Source of the DNA: an uncultured Bacillales bacterium
GTDB taxonomy: Bacteria; Bacillota_I; Bacilli_A; RF39; UBA660
Length of the DNA: 64,000 nucleotides
Direction of reading: 5' to 3'
Assembly: GCA_946628005.1 (NCBI GenBank)
Contig: CAMOWA010000002.1
Location: 8,733 to 72,732 of the forward strand
Shown: positions 9,415 through 19,136 of the stretch, piece by piece
Numbering within the stretch: the first letter of the stretch is position 1
How the letters are laid out: each line of letters starts with the position of its first letter
Notes under the pieces: generated by a model
Databases searched by the model: none
Seen by the model: only the letters and a program-made list of their open reading frames with translations
Told to the model about the DNA's origin: nothing
Position numbers and translations under genes: made by a program

Positions 9415-10893
9415 TTATCTATTTCTTTTTAAATTTTCCTCATATTTTTTTTCTGATAGTATTATTAGTGCATCATAGAAATCTTTTTGTGCATAGTCTC
9501 CATCTACATCTCCCTTTATACCTGAAACGTGTGTTTTAGAGTTTGTTTGTGCTGCTGGGGACCAATAAGTTGTTTCTGATACATTTATTTCAACTTTTCC
9601 GTTTTCATTTGTTTTTGACTCATAACGTAGAAGCATATTTTCAGTGCTGTTAGCAACATTATATAACCATCCTCCTGCTATCCATGTTGTAAATTCTTTT
9701 AATTCTTCAATTGTGTATAAATCATTTGAGTTTATGTATATTCCTGCTGGGTATCCTAAATCTTCAAAATATTGGCAGAACATTCTAATGTATTTTATTT
9801 GTTTTTTTCTAGTTTTGGGGTCTCTTAGTCTATCTGCTACAGCTTCTTCTATATCTATATGTATTGGTAAAGATATTTTATATGGTTTACCATTTTTATC
9901 TGTAAGATTATTATATACGAATTCTATTTCTTTTTTTATTTCTTTTTCTGTAGTTGCTCTTGTAAATAAATATATACCAACATTTATATTATTTTTCATG
10001 CATTCTTGCATATTTCTATGATAATATCGATCTACTATGATATTTCCGTTTTCATCTTTATTATAAGAATCCGCTACTCTTATTATTGCATAATCTATTT
10101 CTTTTTTTGCTTTTTTCCAATCAATTTCTCCTTGATGCTCACTTACATCAATTCCTTTATAATAGATGTCTTCATCTACCAATTCCCAACCATTTTCATC
10201 ATATTTTTTTTCAGCTTTTTCTCTGTCATTGTCTTTATCTTTATTTTCTTCTTTATCTTTATTTTCTTCTTTTGGCTCTTTTTCTTGTTTTTTATTGGAA
10301 ATTTCTTCTTCTTTAAAACCATCTGAATTTTGATAATCTTGTTTTTTAAAATTATCTTTTGATTGTAATTTACCATCTTTATATCTTTTTGTTAGTTCTT
10401 TATTATCAGATATTGGATATTTTTCTTCTATATTTAGAGATGATAAAACGTCTTCATCGCCTATTATTATATATTTAATTTTATTATTATCTAGTTGTGA
10501 TAATATTTTTTTGCAATGATTTATGTATTCTTCTTTTGATTGAAAATGATATGTATTTTTATATGATAAATATATATATAAATTTTTTGTTTTTCCTTTT
10601 TCTATTATTTTTTTAATTGCTGTTACATCATTTTCTATGGATTTATTATTATTTTTATCTATAATAAAATATTCAATATTTTCAATATTGTTTAATTCTT
10701 CTAAGCCTGTTTTTATCATTTCATAATCTAGTTTTGTAGCACATACATCTTTTTCATAATATCCATCTTTATTTTTTCTAGTACTACATCCTGTAGTTAA
10801 TAAAGTTAAAATGATTCCAGAGGTTAATGCCAATCTTTTTATTTTGTATGTATAATGATTATTTGGTATTATTCCTAATTTAAAATTATTCAC
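9415..10893 (-). CDS. Lipoprotein with C-terminal GH25 muramidase (lysozyme) domain
   Basis: Lipobox LTLLTTGC. GH25 signature GIDVSEHQGEIDWKKAKKEIDYAIIRV. Strong SD GGGGGAGGGAG upstream of GTG 10893. An acidic/lysine-rich linker is also present. Confidence 0.75.
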   Translation of the reverse strand: MNNFKLGIIPNNHYTYKIKRLALTSGIILTLLTTGCSTRKNKDGYYEKDVCATKLDYEMIKTGLEELNNIENIEYFIIDKNNNKSIENDVTAIKKIIEKGKTKNLYIYLSYKNTYHFQSKEEYINHCKKILSQLDNNKIKYIIIGDEDVLSSLNIEEKYPISDNKELTKRYKDGKLQSKDNFKKQDYQNSDGFKEEEISNKKQEKEPKEENKDKEENKDKDNDREKAEKKYDENGWELVDEDIYYKGIDVSEHQGEIDWKKAKKEIDYAIIRVADSYNKDENGNIIVDRYYHRNMQECMKNNINVGIYLFTRATTEKEIKKEIEFVYNNLTDKNGKPYKISLPIHIDIEEAVADRLRDPKTRKKQIKYIRMFCQYFEDLGYPAGIYINSNDLYTIEELKEFTTWIAGGWLYNVANSTENMLLRYESKTNENGKVEINVSETTYWSPAAQTNSKTHVSGIKGDVDGDYAQKDFYDALIILSEKKYEENLKRNR

Positions 10894-10997
10894 TATATTT
10901 TCTCCCTCCCCCTTTACATTTTCTTTGCAAATTATACCACAAATGTTGTTTAATGTCAAAGTATTCCGTAAAAAAAACAATATATAAATATTGTCTT

Positions 10998-12440
10998 TTA
11001 TTTAAATAAGATGTTAAATATTCCTTTTTTTACTATTAAACTTGGTATATCTTGTGTCTCATCTAGGCATTTTATTGCGGTATTTAAAATATCATTTGTT
11101 TCTCCTGGACGTAGTGTGTATTTACTTCTTGGATAAGTGTAATCAAAGAAAAATATTGGTATTTCCATTGCATAATCTATTGTTACCATTTCAGTATTAT
11201 ATGGAGCAATTGGTAGTTCTTTTTTTATACCATATAGAGATGTTATAAACAATGAATATTTATTTTCTGATGCTTCTGCAATTAAACCTATTGGTGTATC
11301 TATTTTTTCTAATTGTTCTTTTAATTCATTAATTGTTTTTGATACATCCATGTGATTATCTATTATTATTAAGTCGTAGTCTGTTTGATTTAATAATTGA
11401 TTTATATTTTCTTTATTACTTAAATAGTTTATATCTAGATTCATGAATTGAATTCTAGGATTATTAATGTAATTCATTCCATTTGCTAGAAAATTTACTA
11501 ATGGAATATTTTCATTTGATGTGATTATTAATGCTTTTTTATTTGTTTTTTCTAGTGTTTTGGAAAGACTTGTATCATATTCTATATTATTCATAAATGA
11601 TTTTATGTTATATTTTGTATCTAATTGAATAAGGGAATAAATATTTAATTGTAATTCTTCTGTTTGAAATACTGTTTTTGAATTATCAATGATACTTTTT
11701 ATAAATTTATCATAATTTGTTCTTTTCGTATTAAAAAATATAATTGTATCATCTTTTTCAATTTTACAGGAATTTGTTGCACAAAAACCTTGAACATTAC
11801 ATGGTAATATTTGACTTTGCTGTAAGTTTTTTAATTTTATTTCTGTATCTGACCATCTTTCACAAGAACAATAAAAGAACATTTTCTTGGCATAGTCTAA
11901 ATCATCTTTCGTTAATTCATCTTTTATAAAATCTCTTCCTATAATGAATCCCAATGTAGTATTTTGATGTAGATGATATTTTATAAAGTTTACTATAGTT
12001 ATTAATTTTGTATATTCTTCTAGTGCTTGTTGAGACAATATTAAATGTAGATATATTTCTTTATTTGCTGTAAGTTCTAATTTTCTTATAAAATCATTAA
12101 TTTCATCAATAATTTTGTCCCCTTTTGGTTCTACAAATATATGTATTTTTTTACCAGCATTTGTTAATTGATTTTTAAATATTTGAAAGTTTTGATTTGT
12201 TGTTAAGTCTGTTTCTAAAAAACTATTTTTTATGTATTCAATCTCTTTTTGGTAACTATCTCCTATAAAAAAGTATTCATATGCTTGTCTATATTCAAAT
12301 GAGCTTATTATAGCGGAAGTATAATAAGATGTTTCTTTTATTTTAGCAAGATTTGGCATACATTGATCGATTGATATACTATAACTTCCCGGTCTTTCTA
12401 TTCCTAGACCATTTATTAAAAATAATATACTTTTTTTCAT
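10998..12440 (-). CDS. Cofactor-independent phosphoglycerate mutase (iPGM)-like protein with catalytic and metal residues substituted
   Basis: It is collinear with B. subtilis GpmI along the whole length by eye: [15 protein letters not shown] vs [30 protein letters not shown] vs [23 protein letters not shown] vs AIITADHG. The DG, DGRD, DMVGH and ADHGN motifs are all lost. Confidence 0.55.
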   Translation of the reverse strand: [480 protein letters not shown]

Positions 12441-12484
12441 CTTTATCACCTAGTATTATTTTACATCAATTTTTTATTTTTATA

Positions 12485-12519
12485 AAAGAAAATAACGTAA
12501 AAACTTTATTTTTTACGTT
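12485..12519 (-). terminator. Rho-independent terminator after map
   Basis: AACGTAAAAA (12494-12503) pairs with TTTTTACGTT (12510-12519). A T-rich tail follows on the minus strand. Confidence 0.7.
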
Positions 12520-13273
12520 AATCTAGTCTTGGAGTTAATATTTCGTATCCATTTTCTGTAACTAATATTGTATGTTCATAGTGAGCAGCTGGTTTTTTAT
12601 CTCTTGTAACAACTGTCCAGTTATCATCTAATATTTCGATATCTCTTTTTCCATATGTTAGCATTGGTTCAATACATATTACCATCCCTGGTTTTAATCT
12701 TGGACCAGTATTTTCTATTCCATAATTTGGAACTTCTGGATCTTCATGCATTTCTCTTCCTATACCATGCCCGCATAGTTCTCTAACTACTCCTAAGTTA
12801 TGAGAAGTTGCATATTCTTCTACTGCATGAGATATATCTCCTATTCTGTTTCCTGGTTTTACTTTTTTAATTCCTTCGTATAATGCTTTTTCTGTATGTT
12901 CCATTAGATATTTTTTTTCATCATTAATTTCACCAACTGCATAAGTCCATGCAGCATCTCCTTGATATCCTTTGTATCCAATAACTACATCAATTGTTAT
13001 GATATCTCCATTTTTTAATTTTGTTTTTTTATCAGGTATTCCATGTACTACGACTGAGTTTACACTGGTACAAAGTGTTGCGGGAAATCCTTCATATCCT
13101 TTACAGGTTGGTACAGCGTCATTTTCTCTTATGAATTCTTCACATAATTTATCTAATTCATATGTAGATATTCCTTCTTTTATGTATGGTTTAATAAACT
13201 TATGCATTTTTGATACTAGCATTCCGGCATGTCTCATTAATTCTATTTCTCTTTCACTTTTAATTGTAATCAT
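12518..13273 (-). CDS. map: Methionine aminopeptidase, type I
   Basis: MITIKSEREIELMRHAG..., metal ligands in the VHGIP, DVVIGYKGYQGD, CGHGIG and EPM contexts; 251 aa. Confidence 0.9.
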   Translation of the reverse strand: MITIKSEREIELMRHAGMLVSKMHKFIKPYIKEGISTYELDKLCEEFIRENDAVPTCKGYEGFPATLCTSVNSVVVHGIPDKKTKLKNGDIITIDVVIGYKGYQGDAAWTYAVGEINDEKKYLMEHTEKALYEGIKKVKPGNRIGDISHAVEEYATSHNLGVVRELCGHGIGREMHEDPEVPNYGIENTGPRLKPGMVICIEPMLTYGKRDIEILDDNWTVVTRDKKPAAHYEHTILVTENGYEILTPRLD

Positions 13274-13322
13274 TTTCTTCACCATACTGATTATACATCA
13301 TATTATAAAAAAAACCAATTAC

Positions 13323-14699
13323 TTATGATGTAATTCGTTTTTTTGTTGATAAATAATTTGTCTCTTCTATAAAAAAATTATTTATTATATATTCTTTCAT
13401 TTTATTTGAATATGTAATTGTTTCATTTAATTCTATTTTATTTTTTATTACTTCTTTTATTAATTTATTTATTTCTTCTTCGGAAGTAAATTTGTTTATT
13501 TCTTGAAAATTAATATTTTTAGTTAAGTTTTTTATTATTTGCGAGTAATTTTGATTTATGTATCCAGTTTTATACCATGTTTTTATTTCCTCTATTGTTT
13601 TGTTTTCATCATTATTATTATTTATATATATATACTCTATTATTTTTGATATAGTTTGATATATAATATGTTCTTTAAATATTTCATATTTAATACCTAA
13701 TTCTGGTAGGTTAGATTGTTCTAATAAGTTTTTATATATATCTTTAATTAGTTCCTCTCCTATTTTTAAATTATTAAATGATAATTCACTATATGCTGCA
13801 TGAGTTATTTCATTTAGGCATTTCTTAAAATAAATATAAGTACTATCTAATTTCTTTCCTGGTTCTCTTTGATATTTTTTAACTAATTCTTCTATGTTTA
13901 TTTTTTTATTTAATTTATTCTTTATTATAAAAAACCTAGTATTTTCATATGGTTTACAATTATCTAAATTATATACTTGTATAAATCCTAAATCAGATGA
14001 TCTTAGGTAAGTACTTTTTAGTCTTGAAAATTTACCGGTTGAACCTATTATTTCTATACTATTGCTTGCTGGTACATGGTAATAATTATAATCATCTGAA
14101 TTATATTTCTTAAATGTCAGTATATTATTTAAATAATATAATGTTTTATTATCATTATTTTTAAAATCTTTAAATGAGTAATTTTTATTTTCTTTATATA
14201 AAATATCATCAAAGAATGCGGATGCTATACAGTAATTAATACCATTTGTAGCTTTGTGTTTTACTTGTATTGGACAATTACCTAACCATTTAATTAATTC
14301 TTCTATTTTATTATTATCCTCACTCATTAAATTATATATTTCTTGAATTATTCTTTCTCCAAATATATTAATTAATATCATTTTTGCATTTAAATCATTA
14401 TATTTTATATAATCATATATCTGTTTGTCTAATATGCTTGGTATATAAGTTATATGACCTATATTATATATTTTTCTTATATTTTTTGGTATTTTATTTA
14501 TATTATCTTCTAAATGCATAATGGTATAGTATTTATCTAATATATTACTATCTTTATTTATATTTATCAAATTATCTCCAATAATATAGACTTGAGGAGA
14601 AGAATATATTAAAATTTTTTTTAAATATTTAAGATACTTCTTTTCATTGTTTAAATTTATTACAACAAAGTCATTTAGTTTTCCATAAAAATTATCCAT
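13323..14699 (-). CDS. Hypothetical protein (458 aa), no recognisable domain
   Basis: Long ORF with SD GAAGGGG 6 nt upstream of ATG 14699. Asn/Ile/Lys-rich; no motif recognised. Confidence 0.6.
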   Translation of the reverse strand: MDNFYGKLNDFVVINLNNEKKYLKYLKKILIYSSPQVYIIGDNLININKDSNILDKYYTIMHLEDNINKIPKNIRKIYNIGHITYIPSILDKQIYDYIKYNDLNAKMILINIFGERIIQEIYNLMSEDNNKIEELIKWLGNCPIQVKHKATNGINYCIASAFFDDILYKENKNYSFKDFKNNDNKTLYYLNNILTFKKYNSDDYNYYHVPASNSIEIIGSTGKFSRLKSTYLRSSDLGFIQVYNLDNCKPYENTRFFIIKNKLNKKINIEELVKKYQREPGKKLDSTYIYFKKCLNEITHAAYSELSFNNLKIGEELIKDIYKNLLEQSNLPELGIKYEIFKEHIIYQTISKIIEYIYINNNNDENKTIEEIKTWYKTGYINQNYSQIIKNLTKNINFQEINKFTSEEEINKLIKEVIKNKIELNETITYSNKMKEYIINNFFIEETNYLSTKKRITS

Positions 14700-14796
14700 T
14701 TGAAACCCCTTCTTTTTAACCTGACATATTATATAATAAATATTTTTGTCAATGATAACTAACATCTGTATAATAATTAGAATTATTTTATAATTT

Positions 14797-15300
14797 TTAG
14801 TATTTATAATTTTTTCTTAATTGTTTTGAATTATATTGATAACTACATAATTCTTTATTAGCATTTTTTATAATTTGATATGCTTTTTTATTATTTAATA
14901 ATTCTTTCAAATTATCATAGCTGTTCATTTCTTTTATATTATTGTAAATATATTTTGTGTTAATACTTAAATTACTTACTATGATATAATTATCATTATC
15001 TGCTTCCTCTTTTAAAATTGCTTCTTCTATTTTATTAGTATCGTTTGTTATTTCTATTTTCATTATTATTAAAAATATTTTTTTATTAGGTATTCTTATG
15101 TTTTCATTATATTTTTCTTTTTTATATATAGCTTTAATTTGATTATTTTTCTTATCTTTTTTTATTTCAAATGTTGTTATTATTTTATTATCATTTTCTT
15201 GATTTACTTTATGCATTTTTTTGTTATAAGTTAATAATGTTAATACATGATTATAAAAATTTATTATTTCCATTTTATTCTTATTTATTTTTTCATTCAT
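14797..15300 (-). CDS. Hypothetical protein (167 aa)
   Basis: SD AAAAGAGGAAA upstream of ATG 15300. The ORF-track start at 15357 abuts a terminator and lacks an SD. Confidence 0.5.
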   Translation of the reverse strand: MNEKINKNKMEIINFYNHVLTLLTYNKKMHKVNQENDNKIITTFEIKKDKKNNQIKAIYKKEKYNENIRIPNKKIFLIIMKIEITNDTNKIEEAILKEEADNDNYIIVSNLSINTKYIYNNIKEMNSYDNLKELLNNKKAYQIIKNANKELCSYQYNSKQLRKNYKY

Positions 15301-15357
15301 AGTGTTTCCTCTTTTCCGTTGTTTGCTTATTGTATCATATTTTCTTTTTTTTGACAA

Positions 15358-15379
15358 GAAAAAAAGGCATATCTGCCTT
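15358..15379 (-). terminator. Rho-independent terminator after a small membrane-peptide ORF
   Basis: AAGGCA tatc TGCCTT hairpin (15365-15380) followed on the minus strand by a T-run (TTTTTTT). Confidence 0.65.
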
Positions 15380-15518
15380 AGTCTTCATCAAACATGTTAT
15401 ACATTTTTCTACTTGCTTCTTTTCCCACTTGTTTCATTGCTATTACTTTTTTAGGATTTTTCATTAGATATAGATATCCCATTAGTCCAATTCCTGTTAG
15501 TATAGATACTATTTTCAT
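15378..15518 (-). CDS. Small membrane protein (46 aa), absent from the ORF track
   Basis: MKIVSILTGIGLMGYLYLMKNPKKVIAMKQVGKEASRKMYNMFDED has one TM helix and a charged tail. A terminator starts at its stop codon. The SD is poorly spaced (GAGGTGA about 16 nt upstream). Confidence 0.4.
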   Translation of the reverse strand: MKIVSILTGIGLMGYLYLMKNPKKVIAMKQVGKEASRKMYNMFDED

Positions 15519-15565
15519 TTTACTATTCAAATTATCACCTCATATATATTATGATAATTATGTTT

Positions 15566-17755
15566 TTAATTTATACCATTAATTAAATAATCTTTTATTG
15601 TTGTTCGTCTTGTATCATCCAATATATTTTTAGCAGAATATTTTAACGCATCCATTTCTCCTATTAATATTAATTTATTTTTGGCTCTTGTTACCGCGGT
15701 ATAAATTAATTTTTGATATAACATTTTATTATATGCTTTTGTTATTGGTATAATTACTATGTCAAATTCTGATCCTTGAGATTTATGAATACTAATTGAA
15801 TATGCAAGTCGGAAATTATTGAAATTAGATGGAGTATATTTTACAATGTTTCCGTCAAAATCTATTATTATTTCTTTTTTAGGAGTTGTTCTTATTTCTT
15901 GAATTGTACCTATATCTCCATTAAATACATTATCATCTGGCATATTTGTTAGTTGTATTACTTTATCTTTTTCTCGAAATAGTGTTTCTCCTATCTTAGT
16001 TTCTTTTTGATGTTTTTTTGGATTAAAAATATCTTGTACATTTTCATTTATTTTGTCTATTCCATTTATTCCTTTGTACATTGGTGCTAAAATTTGAATT
16101 TTTTTATCATTATAATCTTTGTATGTTGTACATATTTCTTTTATTTCATTTATTAAATCTTTAGGAGAACATTCTATAAATGTATTATCTTCTTCTTGAT
16201 TAAATACATCTTCATTAATTTCTTTATTTCTTATATCATAGGCTAATGTTATAATGTTTGAGTCTTTTCCTTGACGGTATAATTCTTTTAATTCAATAAC
16301 CTCTAGTTTTTTTGAATCAATTAAATCATGTAGTACTTGACCGGGGCCAACACTTGGAAGCTGATGATCATCTCCTACTAAAACTATTTTACAGTTTGCT
16401 GATATTCCTTTTAATAAATGATTCATTAAATAGGTATCTATCATACTAGCTTCATCTATTATTAAGAATTCTATTTTACTTTTGTTGTATTCATTGATTT
16501 GAAATCTATCTGTATCTTTTTGCCATTTTAAAAATCTATGTATCGTACATGCTGGATAGAGTGTTGCCTCACTCATTCTTTTAGCAGCTCTTCCTGTTGG
16601 TGCTAGTAAGGCAACTTTATCTTGCATTTTTTCATAAGATAATTTATTTATTATTCGATATAGTTCTAGTACAGCTTTTATTATTGTAGTTTTACCTGTT
16701 CCTGGACCTCCAGTTATAATTAAAAATTTTTTTTCTATACTTTTCTTTATTGCGTTTAATTGATCTTTATTATAAGTTATTTGTAGTAAATTCTCTAAAT
16801 TATTTATTTCATTATCTAGTTTTTTTATTTCTTCATTTTTTTCTTTATTTAACATTCTAAATCTTTTTACTATGAAACATTCTGCATCATACATTGCTTT
16901 TAGATAATATATATTTTCTTTTTTTACTATTTTATTGTTTTTTTCTAGTTCAAATAAAGCTTCTATGTATTTTGATGTGTCTATTTTTATTCCTATTACT
17001 CTAGGAAGATAATTCTCTATTTCTTCTTCGTAATAAAAACAATGACCATATGTTTGACTTACTTCTTCCATTATGTATATAATTGCAGCCTCAACTCTTT
17101 TTTGATTATCTTTTTCTATTCCTTTTCCTTGTGCGATACGATCTATCTTTTTAAATGTCATATCTTTTATATCTTCTATTAACTTATAGATATTTTCTTC
17201 TATTATTTTCATTGTATTTGATTTATAAGTATTATATATAATCATAGAGTCTTTAGTAGTAAATCCAATATTTGTTAATTGTAGTATTACTTCATAGCTT
17301 GCTTCATAGTCTTTTAATCCTTTATGTAGTGTATCTATATTTTGTTTTGTTATTCCTGGGATAAGTATTAAATTATCTGGTTGATTTAATATAATTTTTA
17401 GGGTATCTTTTCCTAATACTTCAACTATATTTTTAGCTTTTTTCTCCCCTATTCCTTTGAATAGACCACTAGTTAAAAATTCTACTATAGAGTCTTTTTC
17501 TTCTGGTTTACAACGTTCATATGAATTTACTTGATATTGATATCCATATTTTTCATGTTCTACTAAATTTCCATAAAATAGATAAGTATCAATTGTATTT
17601 AATTCATGAAAATATCCTGTAAAAGTAAAACTTCTTCCGATATATTCTTCCATAGCTTTATCATTTGTTTCTTGTATTTTAAATAATCCTACGTGATAAC
17701 CTGCAGTTGTTTGAAAAATAGATTTTGTATAATGTCCTTTTATATATGTATTCAA
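15566..17755 (-). CDS. recD2: RecD2-type ATP-dependent DNA helicase
   Basis: 729 aa. Walker A GGPGTGKTT; motifs LLAPTGRAAKRM, IIDEASM, VGDDHQLPSVGPG and C-terminal TAVTRAK. Confidence 0.88.
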   Translation of the reverse strand: MNTYIKGHYTKSIFQTTAGYHVGLFKIQETNDKAMEEYIGRSFTFTGYFHELNTIDTYLFYGNLVEHEKYGYQYQVNSYERCKPEEKDSIVEFLTSGLFKGIGEKKAKNIVEVLGKDTLKIILNQPDNLILIPGITKQNIDTLHKGLKDYEASYEVILQLTNIGFTTKDSMIIYNTYKSNTMKIIEENIYKLIEDIKDMTFKKIDRIAQGKGIEKDNQKRVEAAIIYIMEEVSQTYGHCFYYEEEIENYLPRVIGIKIDTSKYIEALFELEKNNKIVKKENIYYLKAMYDAECFIVKRFRMLNKEKNEEIKKLDNEINNLENLLQITYNKDQLNAIKKSIEKKFLIITGGPGTGKTTIIKAVLELYRIINKLSYEKMQDKVALLAPTGRAAKRMSEATLYPACTIHRFLKWQKDTDRFQINEYNKSKIEFLIIDEASMIDTYLMNHLLKGISANCKIVLVGDDHQLPSVGPGQVLHDLIDSKKLEVIELKELYRQGKDSNIITLAYDIRNKEINEDVFNQEEDNTFIECSPKDLINEIKEICTTYKDYNDKKIQILAPMYKGINGIDKINENVQDIFNPKKHQKETKIGETLFREKDKVIQLTNMPDDNVFNGDIGTIQEIRTTPKKEIIIDFDGNIVKYTPSNFNNFRLAYSISIHKSQGSEFDIVIIPITKAYNKMLYQKLIYTAVTRAKNKLILIGEMDALKYSAKNILDDTRRTTIKDYLINGIN

Positions 17756-17765
17756 ATAATTCCCC

Positions 17766-19043
17766 CTATTCTTCTATACCTATTACGTATGGATAATCTA
17801 CTTTTATTATTTTTACTTTTACTATTTCGTTTTGAGGATATTCTTTCTTTATTTTTACATGTAGATAGTTTCCTGTGTGTCCCATTGAATATCCATCTTT
17901 ATGTTCTTCTATTAATACTTCAACTGTTTGATTTATAAAATTATTCATATAATTTATTTCTAATTCTTTTGATACTTCTATTAGTTTTTTTGCACGTTCT
18001 TTCTTTATTTTATTATCTATTTTATTTTCCATTCTAGATGAAGATGTACCTTTTCTTTCGCTGTATGGGAACACATGAATTTTAGAAAAATTTATTTTTT
18101 TACAAGTTTCAATTGTTTTTTCAAATAATTCTTCACTTTCTCCTGGAAATCCTACTATTAAATCTGTTGTTATAGAAATATTTGGTCTTATTTTTCTAAT
18201 TTGTTCTATTTTATGAAAGAAATAATCTAAATCATATTTTCTATTCATCTTTTTTAAAATTTCGTTTGAACCTGCTTGAATTGGTATGTGAAGGTGATCT
18301 ACTAATATTTTTTCTTTTTCTAAAATACTTAATACTTCTTCATTTAATTCAGTAGTCTCAATTGAAGATATTCTTAATCTTAATAGTCCTTTTATTTTCA
18401 CTAGTCTATTTAAAAGATGAGCAAAGTTTGTTTCTAAATCTACCCCATAACTTCCTGTATGGATACCTGTTAAGACTATTTCTTTATATCCATTATTAAC
18501 TAAATCTGTTATTTCTTCTACTACTTCATCTTCATTTTTACTTCTACATTTGCCTCTTACAAAGGGAATGATACAATAACTGCAAAAGTTATCACAACCA
18601 TCTTGTATTTTTACAAATGCTCTTGTTCTTCCTGGAAATTCTTTTATATACATATCTTCAAATTCTTTTATTCTACCAGTGTATTGTTTTTTTATTGTTT
18701 CTTTTGTTTTAAAGTATTCATTTAGAATAGATATAATATTTGACTTGTCTTTATTTCCTATGAGGATATCTATTCCGTCTTCATAATATTCTGGGTTGGC
18801 TTGAATGAAACATCCCATAGCAACAATACAAGCATCAGGATTTCTTCTAATTGCTTGACGTATCATTTTTTTACTCTTAGAGTCACTTTGATTCGTTACT
18901 GTACAAGTATTTATAATATAGATATCACATTGGTCTTGAAAATCTTTAATTATGTATCCATTATCTTTCAATAGATTCATAATATATTCTGATTCATAGG
19001 TATTAACTTTACAACCTAAAGTAAGTATTCCTACACTTTTCAT
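17766..19043 (-). CDS. mtaB: Radical-SAM methylthiotransferase, MtaB-like
   Basis: N-terminal TLGCKVNTYESE, radical SAM CDNFCSYC, C-terminal TRAM-like end; 425 aa. Confidence 0.8.
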   Translation of the reverse strand: MKSVGILTLGCKVNTYESEYIMNLLKDNGYIIKDFQDQCDIYIINTCTVTNQSDSKSKKMIRQAIRRNPDACIVAMGCFIQANPEYYEDGIDILIGNKDKSNIISILNEYFKTKETIKKQYTGRIKEFEDMYIKEFPGRTRAFVKIQDGCDNFCSYCIIPFVRGKCRSKNEDEVVEEITDLVNNGYKEIVLTGIHTGSYGVDLETNFAHLLNRLVKIKGLLRLRISSIETTELNEEVLSILEKEKILVDHLHIPIQAGSNEILKKMNRKYDLDYFFHKIEQIRKIRPNISITTDLIVGFPGESEELFEKTIETCKKINFSKIHVFPYSERKGTSSSRMENKIDNKIKKERAKKLIEVSKELEINYMNNFINQTVEVLIEEHKDGYSMGHTGNYLHVKIKKEYPQNEIVKVKIIKVDYPYVIGIEE

Positions 19044-19088
19044 ATTATCACTGCTTTCTTTTTCGTTAAAAATTATATCATATATTTT

Positions 19089-19122
19089 AAAAAAGATAAA
19101 AGTATTATTTACTTTTATCTTT
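19089..19122 (-). terminator. Rho-independent terminator
   Basis: AAAGATAAAAGTA (19092-19104) pairs with TACTTTTATCTTT (19110-19122), a perfect 13 bp stem. A T-run follows on the minus strand. Confidence 0.75.
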
Positions 19123-19136
19123 ATTTTATTTTAAAA

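Noticed and set aside
10233-10268. Perfect 18 nt tandem duplication (CTTTATCTTTATTTTCTT x2), considered as a repeat element or CRISPR-like feature
   Set aside because: There are only two units, both in frame within the KEENKDKEENKDK linker of the GH25 lipoprotein. It is a coding low-complexity duplication, not an array.
9644-10376. ORFs 9644-10021, 10006-10326, 10086-10316 (+) and 10176-10376 (-) overlapping the GH25 lipoprotein gene
   Set aside because: They are low-complexity F/I/L- or K-rich translations of the lysozyme gene and its acidic linker in other frames. They are not independent genes.
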